A DNA stretch of 64,000 nucleotides from an uncultured bacterium (GCA_963749495.1 CAVVMW010000001.1:640001-704000), one strand, 5' to 3'; shown: positions 9,578 through 19,854, counted from the stretch's first letter. The notes: a model not told the origin generated them from the letters alone. Program-made: numbers and translations.

Positions 9578-10996
9578 ATGAAAACCAAAATGAGCGAGAC
9601 CCACTTCAGCCGCCGGCAGTTTCTGCGCGGCGCTGCCTTGACCACCACCAGCTTCCTGATCGTGCCCGGCTCGGTTCTGGGCCTGAACGGCGCCACCTCG
9701 GCCAACGAAAGACTCAACGTGGCCGGCATCGGCATCGGCGGCCAGGGTGGCTCGGACATCGACCAGATGAAGAGCGAGAATATCGTGGCGCTGTGCGACG
9801 TGGACAAGGACCATGCGGGGCATATGTTCAAGCAGTATCCCCAGGCAAAGCAATACACCGATTACCGGGTGATGCTGGACGAGGTGAAGGAGATTGACGG
9901 TGTGGTGGTGGGCACGCCGGACCATCATCATGCCTTCGCCTCGATGGCGGCGATGAAGCACGGCAAACACGTCTATTGCGAGAAACCGCTGACGCACTCG
10001 GTCTGGGAGGCGCGGCAACTGGCGCAGACCGCGCGCGCGGCGAAGGTGGCCACACAGATGGGCAACCAGGGCCAGGCCTCCAACGAGACCCGCAGGCTGT
10101 GCGAGTTGGTCTGGGCCGGCGCCATCGGGAAAGTCCTGGAGGCCCATATCTGGACCGACCGGCCCTCCAATGGTCTCTTCAACGAATACTGGCCTCAGGG
10201 TGTGACGCGCCCCAAAGACACACCTCCGGTCCCCGCGTCCCTCGACTGGGATCTCTGGCTCGGCCCCGCGCCGCAACGGCCCTATCACCCGGCCTATCTG
10301 CCTTTCAAGTGGCGCGGTTGGTGGGACTTCGGCACCGGCGCCCTGGGCGACATCGGCTGCCACTACATGGACCCGGTCTTCCGCGCCCTCAAGCTGGGCG
10401 CGCCCCTGAGCGTCCAGGCCGCTTCGACGCGCGTGAACGAGGAGACCTTTCCCCTCGGCTCGCTGGTTACCTACCAGTTCCCGGCCCGCTCCGCCGCGCC
10501 CCAGGCCAATAACGCCCACATCCGGGGCCTGAGCGGCGCCGCCGCCGGCGGCATCGAGATGCCCGCCTGCAAACTGGTCTGGTACGATGGCGGACTGCGC
10601 CCGCCCCGCCCCGATAGTTTGCCCGAGGGAACCAAGATGGGCGACAACGGCACCATGCTGGTCGGCGACAAGGGCTTCATTCTCAACGGCAGGATCTACC
10701 CGGAATCCTGCGCCAAAGAGGCGGGAGATGTCCCCCGGACCATCCCGCGCTCGCGAAACCACTACGGCGAATGGATTGCCGCCGCCAAGGGCGGCAAAGC
10801 CGCCGGCTCGAATTTCGATTTTGCAGGCCCCTTGGCGGAGTCGGTCCTCCTGGGGAACGTGGCCTTGCGCGTCCAACTGCGGGAAGAACTGACGATCTGC
10901 AGGTTGTTCTGGGACCCGGAAAACCTCAAGGTCACCAACCTGGACGATGCCTCGAAGTTCATCCGCCGCGAATACCGCGCCGGATGGAGTTTGTAG
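9578..10996 (+). CDS. Gfo/Idh/MocA family oxidoreductase, Tat-exported
   Basis: SRRQFL Tat motif, GIGIGGQG, TPDHHH, YCEKPL. Confidence 0.92.
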   Translation: MKTKMSETHFSRRQFLRGAALTTTSFLIVPGSVLGLNGATSANERLNVAGIGIGGQGGSDIDQMKSENIVALCDVDKDHAGHMFKQYPQAKQYTDYRVMLDEVKEIDGVVVGTPDHHHAFASMAAMKHGKHVYCEKPLTHSVWEARQLAQTARAAKVATQMGNQGQASNETRRLCELVWAGAIGKVLEAHIWTDRPSNGLFNEYWPQGVTRPKDTPPVPASLDWDLWLGPAPQRPYHPAYLPFKWRGWWDFGTGALGDIGCHYMDPVFRALKLGAPLSVQAASTRVNEETFPLGSLVTYQFPARSAAPQANNAHIRGLSGAAAGGIEMPACKLVWYDGGLRPPRPDSLPEGTKMGDNGTMLVGDKGFILNGRIYPESCAKEAGDVPRTIPRSRNHYGEWIAAAKGGKAAGSNFDFAGPLAESVLLGNVALRVQLREELTICRLFWDPENLKVTNLDDASKFIRREYRAGWSL

Positions 10997-11190
10997 CAGA
11001 ATCATAGGGCAAAATCATTGTCGGCAAAATCATAAGAAAGACTCTTCTGAAAAAATGATTCTGCCAGCAATGGTTTTGCCTTTTCCGCGGTGAGTTCAAA
11101 GGGTTGTGGCCTGGCGAGGGTCACAGGATCGTTGTTGGCAGAATCATAAGAAGTACTTTTCTAAGAATGATTCTGCGGCAATGATTCTGC
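10997..11190. repeat. Dispersed GC(A/G)GAATCAT / GCAAAATCAT direct and inverted repeats between convergent genes
   Basis: gcagaatcat, gcaaaatcat (x2), atgattctgc copies; the last copies encode the glpD C-terminus. Confidence 0.7.
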
Positions 11191-12705
11191 CTTCTCCACC
11201 GCCGTGAGGCGGGTGTAGCGTTCGAGTTCTGCGGCGCGGGTTTGCGGGGACCAGCCCAGCAGTTCGCCCATCCAATCGGCCACTCGCTCGGCCAGGCGCG
11301 GCGCCTCGGTGGAATAGTAGTGCCAGCTCGTGCGGCGCAACATCACGTCATCGAGGTGGACGGACCACTCGTTGGCCACGTAGTGCTCGACCGCGCGCCG
11401 GTTCAACTCGGGCGGCAGGATGCCGCTGACGCCCGCGACTTCCGCCGCCGGCAGCAATGGCTCTTGCGCCGTCCGGCACTCTGCGAAGACGCCATTGCCC
11501 CCGGCCGTCCTGGACGACTTGCCCAGCCAACGGATGATTCGGTCCACAGCCTGTTGCGCCATGAGCCGGTAGGTGGTGAGCTTGCCTCCGGCCACGTCCC
11601 ACCAGCCGGGCTCGGGGCTCTCGATTTGGTGCGAGCGCGAGATGTCCGAAGGTTTGCCTTTGGGATCGGCAATGAGCGGCCTGAGGCCGGCCCAGACACT
11701 GAGCACGTCGGCCTGCCGCAGCCCGGCCTTGGGGAAGAAGTGGTTGACCACTTCGAGCACATAAGAAATGTCCGAGTCATCGGCCCGGACGTCCTCGCTG
11801 GGGCCGCTGTAATCGGTGTCGGTGGTGCCCAGGATGGCGCGCTCGCCCCAGGGAATGGCAAAGAGGATGCGCCGGCCTTGGGTCATCACGACGCTGTCGG
11901 GCACCGGCACGCGCTCGCGCTGGACCACCAGGTGAATGCCTTTGGTGGCGCGGAGCTTGACCCGGCTGTGCGGCAGGCCATCGGCCCAGGGACCGGTGGC
12001 GTTGACGACCGCGCGGGTCCGGAGGATGAGCTTGCGGCCCGTCAGTTGGTCCTGGGCCTCGCATTCCCAGGTCTGGCCCCTGGCCGCCTGCTTGAAACGG
12101 CAGTAGTTGAGGATGAGGGCCCCGCTCCGGCTTGCCGAGCGCAGCGTATCCAGCGTGAGCCGCGCGTCGTTGGTGAACCCGTCGTAATAGCGGACCGCCC
12201 CGGCCAGGCGCTCCGGGTTGAGCGCCGGCACCCGCTGGAGGACATCGCGCGGGCTCAGCCAGGCGGACTTGCCCAGGTTGCGCCCGCCGCAGAGCAGGTC
12301 ATAAACCTTGACGCCGATCTTCAGTTGCCAGAGCGCCCAGTGCGGGTCCCCGCGATAGGCCGGGAATATGAAGGCGAGCGGCTCGGCCAGGTGCGGCGCG
12401 ATATGGTGGAGGACTTTCTTCTCGATGCTCGCCTCGCGGACCAGCCCGATGCGGCCCTGGGCCAGGTAACGCAGCCCGCCATGGAGCAGGCGGCTGGAGC
12501 GGCTGCTGGTGCCAAAGGCGAAATCGTGCTGCTCGACCAGGCCCGTCCTGAGCCCCCGCATCGCCGCGTCTCGCGCAATGCCCGAGCCGACTATGCCCCC
12601 GCCCACCACCAGCACGTCCAGCGGCGCCCCGGTCAATCCCTCGACCGCGCGAGCCCGCCGCTCCGCGAGGCCCTGACTCTGAGGTTTCTCGGAAGAATCA
12701 CTCAT
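11161..12705 (-). CDS. glpD: FAD-dependent glycerol-3-phosphate dehydrogenase/oxidase
   Basis: GGGIVGSG, GTSSRSSRLLHGGLRYL, VNATGPW, WAGLRPL, GGKLTTYR. Confidence 0.9.
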   Translation of the reverse strand: MSDSSEKPQSQGLAERRARAVEGLTGAPLDVLVVGGGIVGSGIARDAAMRGLRTGLVEQHDFAFGTSSRSSRLLHGGLRYLAQGRIGLVREASIEKKVLHHIAPHLAEPLAFIFPAYRGDPHWALWQLKIGVKVYDLLCGGRNLGKSAWLSPRDVLQRVPALNPERLAGAVRYYDGFTNDARLTLDTLRSASRSGALILNYCRFKQAARGQTWECEAQDQLTGRKLILRTRAVVNATGPWADGLPHSRVKLRATKGIHLVVQRERVPVPDSVVMTQGRRILFAIPWGERAILGTTDTDYSGPSEDVRADDSDISYVLEVVNHFFPKAGLRQADVLSVWAGLRPLIADPKGKPSDISRSHQIESPEPGWWDVAGGKLTTYRLMAQQAVDRIIRWLGKSSRTAGGNGVFAECRTAQEPLLPAAEVAGVSGILPPELNRRAVEHYVANEWSVHLDDVMLRRTSWHYYSTEAPRLAERVADWMGELLGWSPQTRAAELERYTRLTAVEKAESLPQNHS

Positions 12706-12708
12706 TGC

Positions 12709-12834
12709 GTCATTCGTCATTCGTCATTCGCCAATCGGCAATAGCCAATAGCCAATGGCCAATAGCCAATAGCCAACCGTCATTCGTCATTCGTCATTCG
12801 TCATTCGTCATTCGTCATTCGTCATTCGTCATTC
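12709..12834. repeat. Compound heptamer array TCATTCG / GCCAATA / TCATTCG
   Basis: Directly visible tandem 7-mers filling the whole HAD-glpD spacer. Confidence 0.92.
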
Positions 12835-13662
12835 GCCTCCGGCGCCGCGCTGAGCGGCGCGCAACCGGCTGCCGAACTCGGCCAGGCTCGCAAACACGAA
12901 ATCGGGCGGCGGCTCATGGTTGCTGGCCTGGGCAGGCGTCGTCTCGCCGGTCAGCACCAACACCCCCACGGCTCCCGCGCGCCGCGCCATGGCCATGTCC
13001 GTGTAAAGCCTGTCGCCCACCATCGCCAGGTTCTCGGGGCGCAGCGAATGGCGGCGCAGTATCCCCTGGAGCATCGCCGGGTCCGGCTTGCCGAGCACCT
13101 TTTTGGGAGGGCAGCCCGTGGCGTGCTCGAGCGCCGCCGTGATTGAGCCGCAATCCACCAGCACCGTCGGCTGGTCAGTGGGGCAGACCCGGTCCGGGTT
13201 GGTGGCGAAATACGGTTTGCCCTGTTTGATCCACCAGGCCGCCCGGCAAAGCCGCGCGTAGGTCAGCGTCATATCGAAGCTCACCAGCACCGCGTCGGGA
13301 CTGGCGTTCGGGTCGTCGGGCAGGAGAGTGAACCCGGCGGCCTCCAGGTCCTGGCACAACCCGGGCGTGCCCAGGACAAAGAGCCGCCGCACCTGTGGCC
13401 AGTGCAGGCGCAGGTGCTCGATGGTCGAGTGGGTCGAGGTGTAAAGCTGGTTGGCGTCGGCCGGGATGCCGATCCGGCGCAGGAGCGCCAGGTAATCGGC
13501 CGTGCTCTTGGAGGGGTTATTGGTCAAGAACGTGTGGCCTATGCCCAAGTCGTCCAGCGACGCCAGGAACGGCATCGTGGTCTTGAACAAGGTGCCGCCG
13601 AGATAGATCGTGCCATCGAGATCCAGGGCGACATGCCGGATATTGGCGAGCCGAACGCTCAT
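12829..13662 (-). CDS. HAD-IIA family phosphatase (NagD-like)
   Basis: LDLDGTIY, LTNNPSK, GKP, MVGDRLYTD. Confidence 0.92.
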   Translation of the reverse strand: MSVRLANIRHVALDLDGTIYLGGTLFKTTMPFLASLDDLGIGHTFLTNNPSKSTADYLALLRRIGIPADANQLYTSTHSTIEHLRLHWPQVRRLFVLGTPGLCQDLEAAGFTLLPDDPNASPDAVLVSFDMTLTYARLCRAAWWIKQGKPYFATNPDRVCPTDQPTVLVDCGSITAALEHATGCPPKKVLGKPDPAMLQGILRRHSLRPENLAMVGDRLYTDMAMARRAGAVGVLVLTGETTPAQASNHEPPPDFVFASLAEFGSRLRAAQRGAGGE

Positions 13663-13804
13663 CTATCACACTAGCTAACCCGCTGCCCGGAGCCGTGTCA
13701 ATCCCGTCCCTTATGTCGCTTATGTCGCTTATGTCCCTTTTGTCCCTTCCGATTAAGAGAAACGGATTGACCCGGGCCTGTCGCATAAGGATACTGCAGC
13801 CAAT

Positions 13805-14485
13805 ATGAGAGTGACCTATTACGGACACGCGTGTTTTGCGGCGCAGGTTGAGGGAAAGACCCTGTTGTTCGACCCGTTCATCACGGGCAACGAATTGGCC
13901 AAGGCCATTGACCCGCGCAAGGTGCCGGCCGACTACATTCTCATCTCGCACGGGCACTTCGACCATTTGGGCGACGCGGCGGACATCGCCAGGCGGACCG
14001 GCGCGACCATCGTGTCGAATTTCGAAATCACCACCTGGTTCGGCAAGCAGGGGCTCGACAAGTCCCATCCCTTGAACCATGGCGGCGGCTACAACTTCGA
14101 CTTCGGGCGTGTCAAGCTGGTCAACGCCATTCATTCCAGCAGCCTGCCCGACGGGAGCTACGGGGGCAATCCGGGCGGGTTTGTGGTCGAGAGCGCCCAG
14201 GGCAACTTCTATTACTCCGGCGACACCGCGCTGACGATGGACATGAAGCTGATCGGCGAATCGTGCCAATTGAGTTTCGCCGTGCTGCCCATCGGCGACA
14301 ACTTCACGATGGGGATCGACGATGCCCTCAAGGCCGCCCAATTCGTCCAGTGCAACCGTGTCCTGGGCCTCCATTTCAACACCTTCCCCCCCATCCGCAT
14401 CGACCCCCAGTCCGCCGCCGCCAAGTTCCAGGCCGCCGGCAAACAGCTCGTCCTGCTCCAGCCAGGGCAAAGCCGGGAGTTTTAA
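13805..14485 (+). CDS. Metallo-beta-lactamase-fold metal-dependent hydrolase (UPF0173-like)
   Basis: YYGHACF, SHGHFDHLGD, YYSGDT, LPIGDNFTMG. Confidence 0.9.
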   Translation: MRVTYYGHACFAAQVEGKTLLFDPFITGNELAKAIDPRKVPADYILISHGHFDHLGDAADIARRTGATIVSNFEITTWFGKQGLDKSHPLNHGGGYNFDFGRVKLVNAIHSSSLPDGSYGGNPGGFVVESAQGNFYYSGDTALTMDMKLIGESCQLSFAVLPIGDNFTMGIDDALKAAQFVQCNRVLGLHFNTFPPIRIDPQSAAAKFQAAGKQLVLLQPGQSREF

Positions 14486-14520
14486 GTCATCAGTGGACGC
14501 GGGCGCGGTGCCGCGGGCGG

Positions 14521-14667
14521 ACCCCTCACCCCGGCCCTCTCCCCTCGGAGGGGAGAGGGAGAGTTCTCGGCAGCGGCTTGAGGAAGCGGAGGCGTCTGGA
14601 AGTTCCAGAGACTGGCCACGCTTCTCCCTCTCCCCTTCGGAAGGGGAGAGGGCCGGGGTGAGGGGTC
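14521..14667. repeat. REP-like palindrome (CCCCTCACCCCGGCCCTCTCCCC family)
   Basis: Terminal inverted arms; near-identical copy at 36050-36199, half copy at 28572-28613. Confidence 0.9.
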
Positions 14668-14760
14668 CGCCAGGGGCTCTGGGTTGACCATGGCCGACGG
14701 GTTACCGGGGGTTTTAGTTTTGGTTTGCGGCATCGCATCCAACTGGATTAGTGTGACGCC

Positions 14761-14982
14761 ATGGTGAAGCAGCCGTTGGTTAACCTGGAAGAGAAGATTG
14801 ACAAGGTCGTCGGGCGGCGACTCAGGGCTCCCGACCCCCTTTCGGTCCGGACCAGCAACAAGGCTGATTCCGTGGCCTGGCGCAAGGCCTTTGGCGGGGT
14901 CAAGGTCCCCCGGGGTGTTCATCGGTTTCACACGCATGAAGAGGCCAACCAGTGGTTATGGCGGATGATCTGCCGGCCTTAA
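14761..14982 (+). CDS. Small hypothetical protein, probable partner/antitoxin of the deleted nucleotidyltransferase
   Basis: 73 aa, VPRGVHRFHTHEEANQW motif; overlaps the next ORF. Confidence 0.6.
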   Translation: MVKQPLVNLEEKIDKVVGRRLRAPDPLSVRTSNKADSVAWRKAFGGVKVPRGVHRFHTHEEANQWLWRMICRP

Positions 14983-15083
14983 ACGAGCTGGAGCCGCGCG
15001 AGCCCACGGTCGAGGACCTGCGCGACCTTGTTTTCCTCCGCCACTGGTTCGCCCAGCGCGGCCAGCCGCCGCCCGAGGTCTGA
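14958..15083 (+). pseudogene. Internally deleted nucleotidyltransferase-like gene (N- and C-termini joined, 41 aa)
   Basis: MADDLPALNELEPREPTVEDLRDL|VFLRHWFAQRGQPPPEV*; both ends resemble a longer nucleotidyltransferase family, from memory. Confidence 0.55.
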
Positions 15084-15234
15084 GGAGATATGAACTGCCG
15101 GGCGGAAACCAGTTTTTGGCAACCCGCTGTGATCGTTCGCCCTTTGCCCCTGGCCCGGGCCCTCGCCCTGTCGGACGGGCAGAGGGAGCAGTTTTGTCTG
15201 GACGGTCTCAGGGAGACTGTGGGATAATCCCACT

Positions 15235-15465
15235 ATGATTTTGATCGCGGACAAGAAGCGGCGGGTCGTTTTGCCCGGGCAGGCCCGGCCGGGCGACGTG
15301 TTCGATTGCGTGGAGCGAGGTGACCGCTTCGTGCTGGTGCGGTTGAAACCCGTGGCCCGGGCAAAACCCCCGGTAGCCGGGAAACCGCTTGCGCGGGCTG
15401 TGCTGCGGGGGATCAACCTGGACGAGCCGGCCTTCGCGCCGTTGCGTGATGAAGGCGCTGATTGA
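15235..15465 (+). CDS. AbrB/SpoVT-like antitoxin
   Basis: DKKRRVVLP..RPGDVFD..FVLVRL swapped-hairpin pattern; overlaps a PIN-like start. Confidence 0.65.
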   Translation: MILIADKKRRVVLPGQARPGDVFDCVERGDRFVLVRLKPVARAKPPVAGKPLARAVLRGINLDEPAFAPLRDEGAD

Positions 15466-15553
15466 CACAGGGGTTTGGTTCCGGCGCTACTTCCGGCTGC
15501 CCATGAGCCGGTCCTTGAAGACATTCCTGGAAAGCCAGGTCACCGAGTTCCAT
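15449..15553 (+). pseudogene. Truncated PIN-domain (VapC-like) toxin
   Basis: MKALIDTGVWF N-terminus; similarity lost after about 35 aa, where the DUF2167 leader begins. Confidence 0.6.
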
Positions 15554-15566
15554 CAGAAAAACCACC

Positions 15567-16430
15567 ATGTCCCCCTCTCCATTGAAAAGGATTGCCGCCG
15601 CCGCTTGCGCCTTGGTGCTGGCGGCCTTGCCCCTCCAGGGGCAGAAATCCGACGCTGCGGGCAGTCTCCATTTGGTCAAGGGACCGACCAACGCCGCCCT
15701 GGGAACCGTCGCCCAGGCAGCCGTGCCCGCCGGATTCACCTTCCTCGACGGCCAGGGCACCCGCGCCTTTCTCAAGGCCCAGGGCGAGCCTGTGAGCGGG
15801 CGCGAAGTCGGGTTCATGATTAGCACCAACAAATGGGGCGTCTTTTTCATCTTCGACCCGAGCGGCTATGTGAAGGACAATGACAAGGCCGAGCTCGACG
15901 CGGACAAGCTGCTGGCGGCGATCAAGCAGGGCACGGCCGAGGCGAACAAGGTGCGGCAGAGCAATGGCAAACCGCCCATCGAGGTGGTCGGCTGGGAGGT
16001 CCCGCCCCGCTACGACGCCACGACCCACAACCTGGAGTGGGCGATCCGGGCGACCAGCCAAGGCGAGCCCTTCCTGAATTACAACACGCGGTTGCTCGGG
16101 CGCAAAGGGGTGATGGAGGTCGTCCTGGCGGTCGACCCGGAGAACCTCTCCCAGACCTTGCCCGCCTTCCGCAGCCTGCTCAGCGGCTTTTCCTTCCAAT
16201 CTGGCCAGACTTACGCCGAGTACCGCCCCGGGGACAAAGTGGCCAAGTACGGGCTGGGCGCGCTGGTGGTGGGCGGCGCGGCGGTGGGCGCGGCGAAATT
16301 GGGCCTGTTTGCCTGGGCAGCGGTGCTCTTCAAGAAGGCCTGGAAGCTCATTATCGTCGCCTTCGCGGCCGTGGCGGCCTTTTTCAGGAAGCTGTTCTCC
16401 AGACGCGCCTCCAGGAGACCCTCAATTTAG
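15567..16430 (+). CDS. DUF2167 family membrane-anchored protein
   Basis: GYVKDND, PPRYDATTHNLEW, LNYNTRLLGRKGV, YRPGDKVAKYGL, C-terminal TM. Confidence 0.88.
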   Translation: MSPSPLKRIAAAACALVLAALPLQGQKSDAAGSLHLVKGPTNAALGTVAQAAVPAGFTFLDGQGTRAFLKAQGEPVSGREVGFMISTNKWGVFFIFDPSGYVKDNDKAELDADKLLAAIKQGTAEANKVRQSNGKPPIEVVGWEVPPRYDATTHNLEWAIRATSQGEPFLNYNTRLLGRKGVMEVVLAVDPENLSQTLPAFRSLLSGFSFQSGQTYAEYRPGDKVAKYGLGALVVGGAAVGAAKLGLFAWAAVLFKKAWKLIIVAFAAVAAFFRKLFSRRASRRPSI

Positions 16431-16438
16431 CGGTCATG

Positions 16439-16531
16439 CCTTTGTCGCAACCTTTGTCGCAACCTTTGTCGCCAACTTTGTCGAGAAAATGGCCGATTGG
16501 ACAAAGGTTGCGACAAAGGCTGCGACAAAGT
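16439..16531. repeat. Palindromic element of TTTGTCG / CGACAAA 12-mer repeats (family B)
   Basis: Three tttgtcg units facing three gacaaag units; copies at 19855-19935 and a half copy at 51037-51070. Confidence 0.88.
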
Positions 16532-16554
16532 TGTGGTTTTGCGCCGGCTCCAGG

Positions 16555-17713
16555 ATGAACGACGTGGAGTTGCTCTTTGTAGTGCTGGCGGTCCTCTACG
16601 CGTGGGAATGCGTCTGCTGGGTGCCCCGGGGGCTCGGTGCTTTTTATGACCTGGCTTGGGCGGCACTGGCGGCTGGCGCATCCGGGCGCGATTCTGGGCA
16701 ACCAGCGGGGCGGCCTGCTGCTAGCCCCGCCGTTGCCGCCGCTGGGCACGCTGCTCACGGGCAATCAATACCCGCTTTCACTCTCGCCCCAGGCGCTCCT
16801 GGCCTTCGTGGCCCCGAGTGTCAATCCGGGCATGCGCCCGGCGCAGACGGGGGAATTGGTGGGATGGGAGGAGGTCCGCAGCGTCAAGGCGCGCGGCAAG
16901 CAGGTGCGCGTGAATGGCCGGCGCTTGCTGGCGGCGTCCTCGACGCTCTGTGCCGCGCGCCTGGCAGGGCAGTTGGAGGAATTGAGCCGGTTGCCGGCCG
17001 CCAAACGCGCCGCCGCCATCGAGCAACTCATCCGGGAGGGCCTCGACACCAAGGCCGTCGAGGGCAGATGGGCGGAGTTTCAGCAACAGGCCTCCGGCCT
17101 GCGGCTGCCGGCCAACCTGCTGGTCGGCTATGTGTTTGGGGCCGCGCCTCTCTTGATATGGCAGTTCGGGTTCCGGCGGTGCTGGCTCGGGTTGCTGCTC
17201 GGGTTGCTCGGATTCACCATCACCATCGCCACCGGGTTTCGCCGAGCCCACAGGGCGCTCTACCCGGAGGCCGAAGACGAACGCTTCACCCAGTTCCTGC
17301 TCGTCCTGCTGGCGCCTGCCACGACCATGCGCGCCCTGGACCTCCTCTCGCGTCCGCTTCTGGAACGGTTCCATCCGCTGGCCATCGCCAGGGTGTTCTG
17401 TCCCGAGCCGGAATTTGGCGACTTTGCCCGGGCCGCGTGGCGGGAGGTCTGTCATCCCGCGCTGCCGGTCTGTCCCGCCGGCGAGCCGCGCGCGGCCGAG
17501 GTCGAGATGTACTTTCGCGGCGCCCTCAAGAGCGGGATCGAGAAGCTGCTCCGGCAGAGCGCTCTGGCTCCCGAGACGTTGGCTGCGCCGCCTGCCCCCG
17601 CCGATGAGACGTGCCGCTGGTATTGCCCGCACTGCCTGGCCCAGTTCACCGCCGGGCCGGGGGCCTGCGCCGATTGCGGCGGCTTGGCCCTGCTGCCATT
17701 GAACGGGAGTTGA
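16555..17713 (+). CDS. Hypothetical membrane protein with C-terminal zinc ribbon (one frameshift near 16630, probably an assembly error)
   Basis: MNDVELLFVVLAVLYAWEC frame joins the VLFMTWLG frame at a G-run; ends CPHC..CADC. Confidence 0.65.
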
Positions 17714-17739
17714 CCGGGAAGGCAGTTGCCAGCCCAAGC

Positions 17740-18828
17740 ATGGACCCCGCGCTCGAACTGGAATCTAAAAGGCTGGCCCAATCCTGGCTCCAGCACGACG
17801 CGGCCCGGTTGCGCGATTACCTCGTGGCCGGCGTGGAAGACCCGCGCATCAATCTCCAGAGCATCCTCTCCCGCCATTTTCTCCTGCGCGTCCTGGCGCC
17901 CGGAGACTGCGCCCCGCTCATGGAAGAGGAATACCGCTTCGCCGCCGCCCTGAACTGGCTGGTCCAACTGGCCGGCCGGGCCGCAGACAACCAGGAGTTG
18001 CTCGAAGTCCTCCACGCCCTGAGGCGCGGGGGAGACAATGCCGAGGGCATCGAGATCCCGGCGTTCGTGGGCAGGACCTTCGCCCGGCTGCCGGTGCACG
18101 CCTCGGGCGTGACTGTGCCCAATTACATCGAGGCATTTCTCTCCGGCGCCCGCATTGGCAGCCCGCAGGCTCAGCCTCACCAACCCTCCCTGGACACATT
18201 CCGCGATCTCTGGCGCAACGTCCTGGCCGGGCGGGGCGGGGCCGGAGTGCGCCCCTCCTCGGGCGAGGCAGCGTCCCCAGCCGGGTCGGCGGTGGAACAT
18301 CCCAGCGGCCCCGCGGTCTCCGTCCTGGAGCCGGCCTGCGGCTCGGCCAACGATTACCGGTTCCTGGAGGCCTACGGCATCGCGCAACGGATCGAGTACC
18401 ACGGGTTCGACCTTTGTGCGACGAGCGTCGAGAATGCCCGCGCCCTGTTTCCCGGCGTTCGTTTCGGGATTGGCAACGTGTTCGAGATCGCCGCGCCGGA
18501 CAAACGGTTCGACTTCTGCTTCGTTCACGACCTTTTCGAGCACCTCTCGCCCGCCGGGATCCAGGCCGCCGTCAAGGAGGTCTGCCGCGTCACCCGCCGC
18601 GGCCTCTGCGTGGGCTTCTTCCACATGGACGAGATCCCCGCCCACCAGGTGCGGCCCCTGCGGGACTACTATTGGAACACCCTCAGCATGGCGCGCATGA
18701 AGGAGTTGTTCGCCGCCTGCGGCTTCGACGCGCGCGCCTTGCACATCGGCGCCTTCCTCCGCTCCCATACCGGCTGCGACCAGACCCACAATCCCCTGGC
18801 CTATACCTTCATAGCCCGAAGGGCTTAA
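17740..18828 (+). CDS. Class I SAM-dependent methyltransferase
   Basis: VLEPACGSAN motif I, GFDLC, DLFEHL. Confidence 0.8.
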   Translation: MDPALELESKRLAQSWLQHDAARLRDYLVAGVEDPRINLQSILSRHFLLRVLAPGDCAPLMEEEYRFAAALNWLVQLAGRAADNQELLEVLHALRRGGDNAEGIEIPAFVGRTFARLPVHASGVTVPNYIEAFLSGARIGSPQAQPHQPSLDTFRDLWRNVLAGRGGAGVRPSSGEAASPAGSAVEHPSGPAVSVLEPACGSANDYRFLEAYGIAQRIEYHGFDLCATSVENARALFPGVRFGIGNVFEIAAPDKRFDFCFVHDLFEHLSPAGIQAAVKEVCRVTRRGLCVGFFHMDEIPAHQVRPLRDYYWNTLSMARMKELFAACGFDARALHIGAFLRSHTGCDQTHNPLAYTFIARRA

Positions 18829-19772
18829 ACCAGTCCTTCGAGGATGGTCGAGAGCCGATCGAGGCTGCGCTCCATGTTCGCGCGGCCGAGCGACCGTTCG
18901 CTAGCGTCGCCGGGAAAGAGCAAATCCCACCCCTCGGCGGCCATCCAGACCTCGGCAGAGATCTCGCCGGGGTTGCCGCTGTTGCCGATCCGGGCGTGGC
19001 GGACGAAGAGGTCGGCGACCTGGACGGCGGCAACGATTCGAAGATCGCTCTCGGCCCGGCTGGGGTGATGATGGAAGCGGACGGACTGAATCGTGACGGA
19101 GGGCAGTTTATGGGCGCTCAGGTAACGCGCGCCCAGCTCGCAATGGTCGAAGCCGAGCACCTGGGTTTCGACCTTGAGCAGGTCTGCCTTCTCCTCGTGC
19201 ATCCGCGCCTGGATCTGCTCGAAATACTCGGGAAAGGCGGCGACCATGACGATCTTGCCGACATCGTGCAGGAGGCCGGCCACGTAATCGGCCTCATCGG
19301 AGCTGGGCTGGATGTCGCCGAGGGTTTCGCGGGTCATTATGGCCGTGGCAATGCAGTGGCGCCAAAACTCCCTCCAGGGAAACCGAATCCGGCCGGCCAT
19401 GCGCTGGAGGTCCTCGATGATGGGGGTCACCACCGCCAGCCGGCGGATCTGGCGCACCCCCAGATAAAACACCGCCTCCTCGATGCTGCTCACCGGCGTC
19501 GAGAGCCCGTAATAGACCGAGTTGACCAAGCGCAGCAGCCGGGTCGTCATGCTCGGGTCGCGCCGGATGACATCGGCCACCTGCGAGGTGTAACATTGCT
19601 CGGCATCGAGCAACTCGCGCAGGACGTTGTTGATGCACGCCAGCGACGGCAGACGCGGACAGGTCCCCAGCCGGCGTTCGACCTGGCCAGGGTCCAGTCG
19701 AGGCAACTGCGGTGGCGACTGCGGCGGCGTGACGAGAGTGTCCATAATCGGTACTGTCTGCTTATCGGCCAT
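18825..19772 (-). CDS. HDOD domain protein
   Basis: IRRDPSMTTRLLRLVNS, FWRHC, AGLLHDVGK, DHCELG, FHHHP. Confidence 0.92.
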   Translation of the reverse strand: MADKQTVPIMDTLVTPPQSPPQLPRLDPGQVERRLGTCPRLPSLACINNVLRELLDAEQCYTSQVADVIRRDPSMTTRLLRLVNSVYYGLSTPVSSIEEAVFYLGVRQIRRLAVVTPIIEDLQRMAGRIRFPWREFWRHCIATAIMTRETLGDIQPSSDEADYVAGLLHDVGKIVMVAAFPEYFEQIQARMHEEKADLLKVETQVLGFDHCELGARYLSAHKLPSVTIQSVRFHHHPSRAESDLRIVAAVQVADLFVRHARIGNSGNPGEISAEVWMAAEGWDLLFPGDASERSLGRANMERSLDRLSTILEGLV

Positions 19773-19854
19773 TGCGGGAAGAAGTTGAATGGGAAATTCC
19801 AGAAAGGGGCTGCACGCGCGTAATTAGAGCAACCCCAAAAGCTCTGAGTCCGGA

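Noticed and set aside
9432..12834. Tandem arrays as a CRISPR array
   Set aside because: Units are 7 bp with no unique spacers, and no cas genes are present.
13700..13747. TTATGTCGC nonamer run as a divergent-promoter operator
   Set aside because: It looks like another member of the short tandem repeat families; no independent support for a regulatory role.
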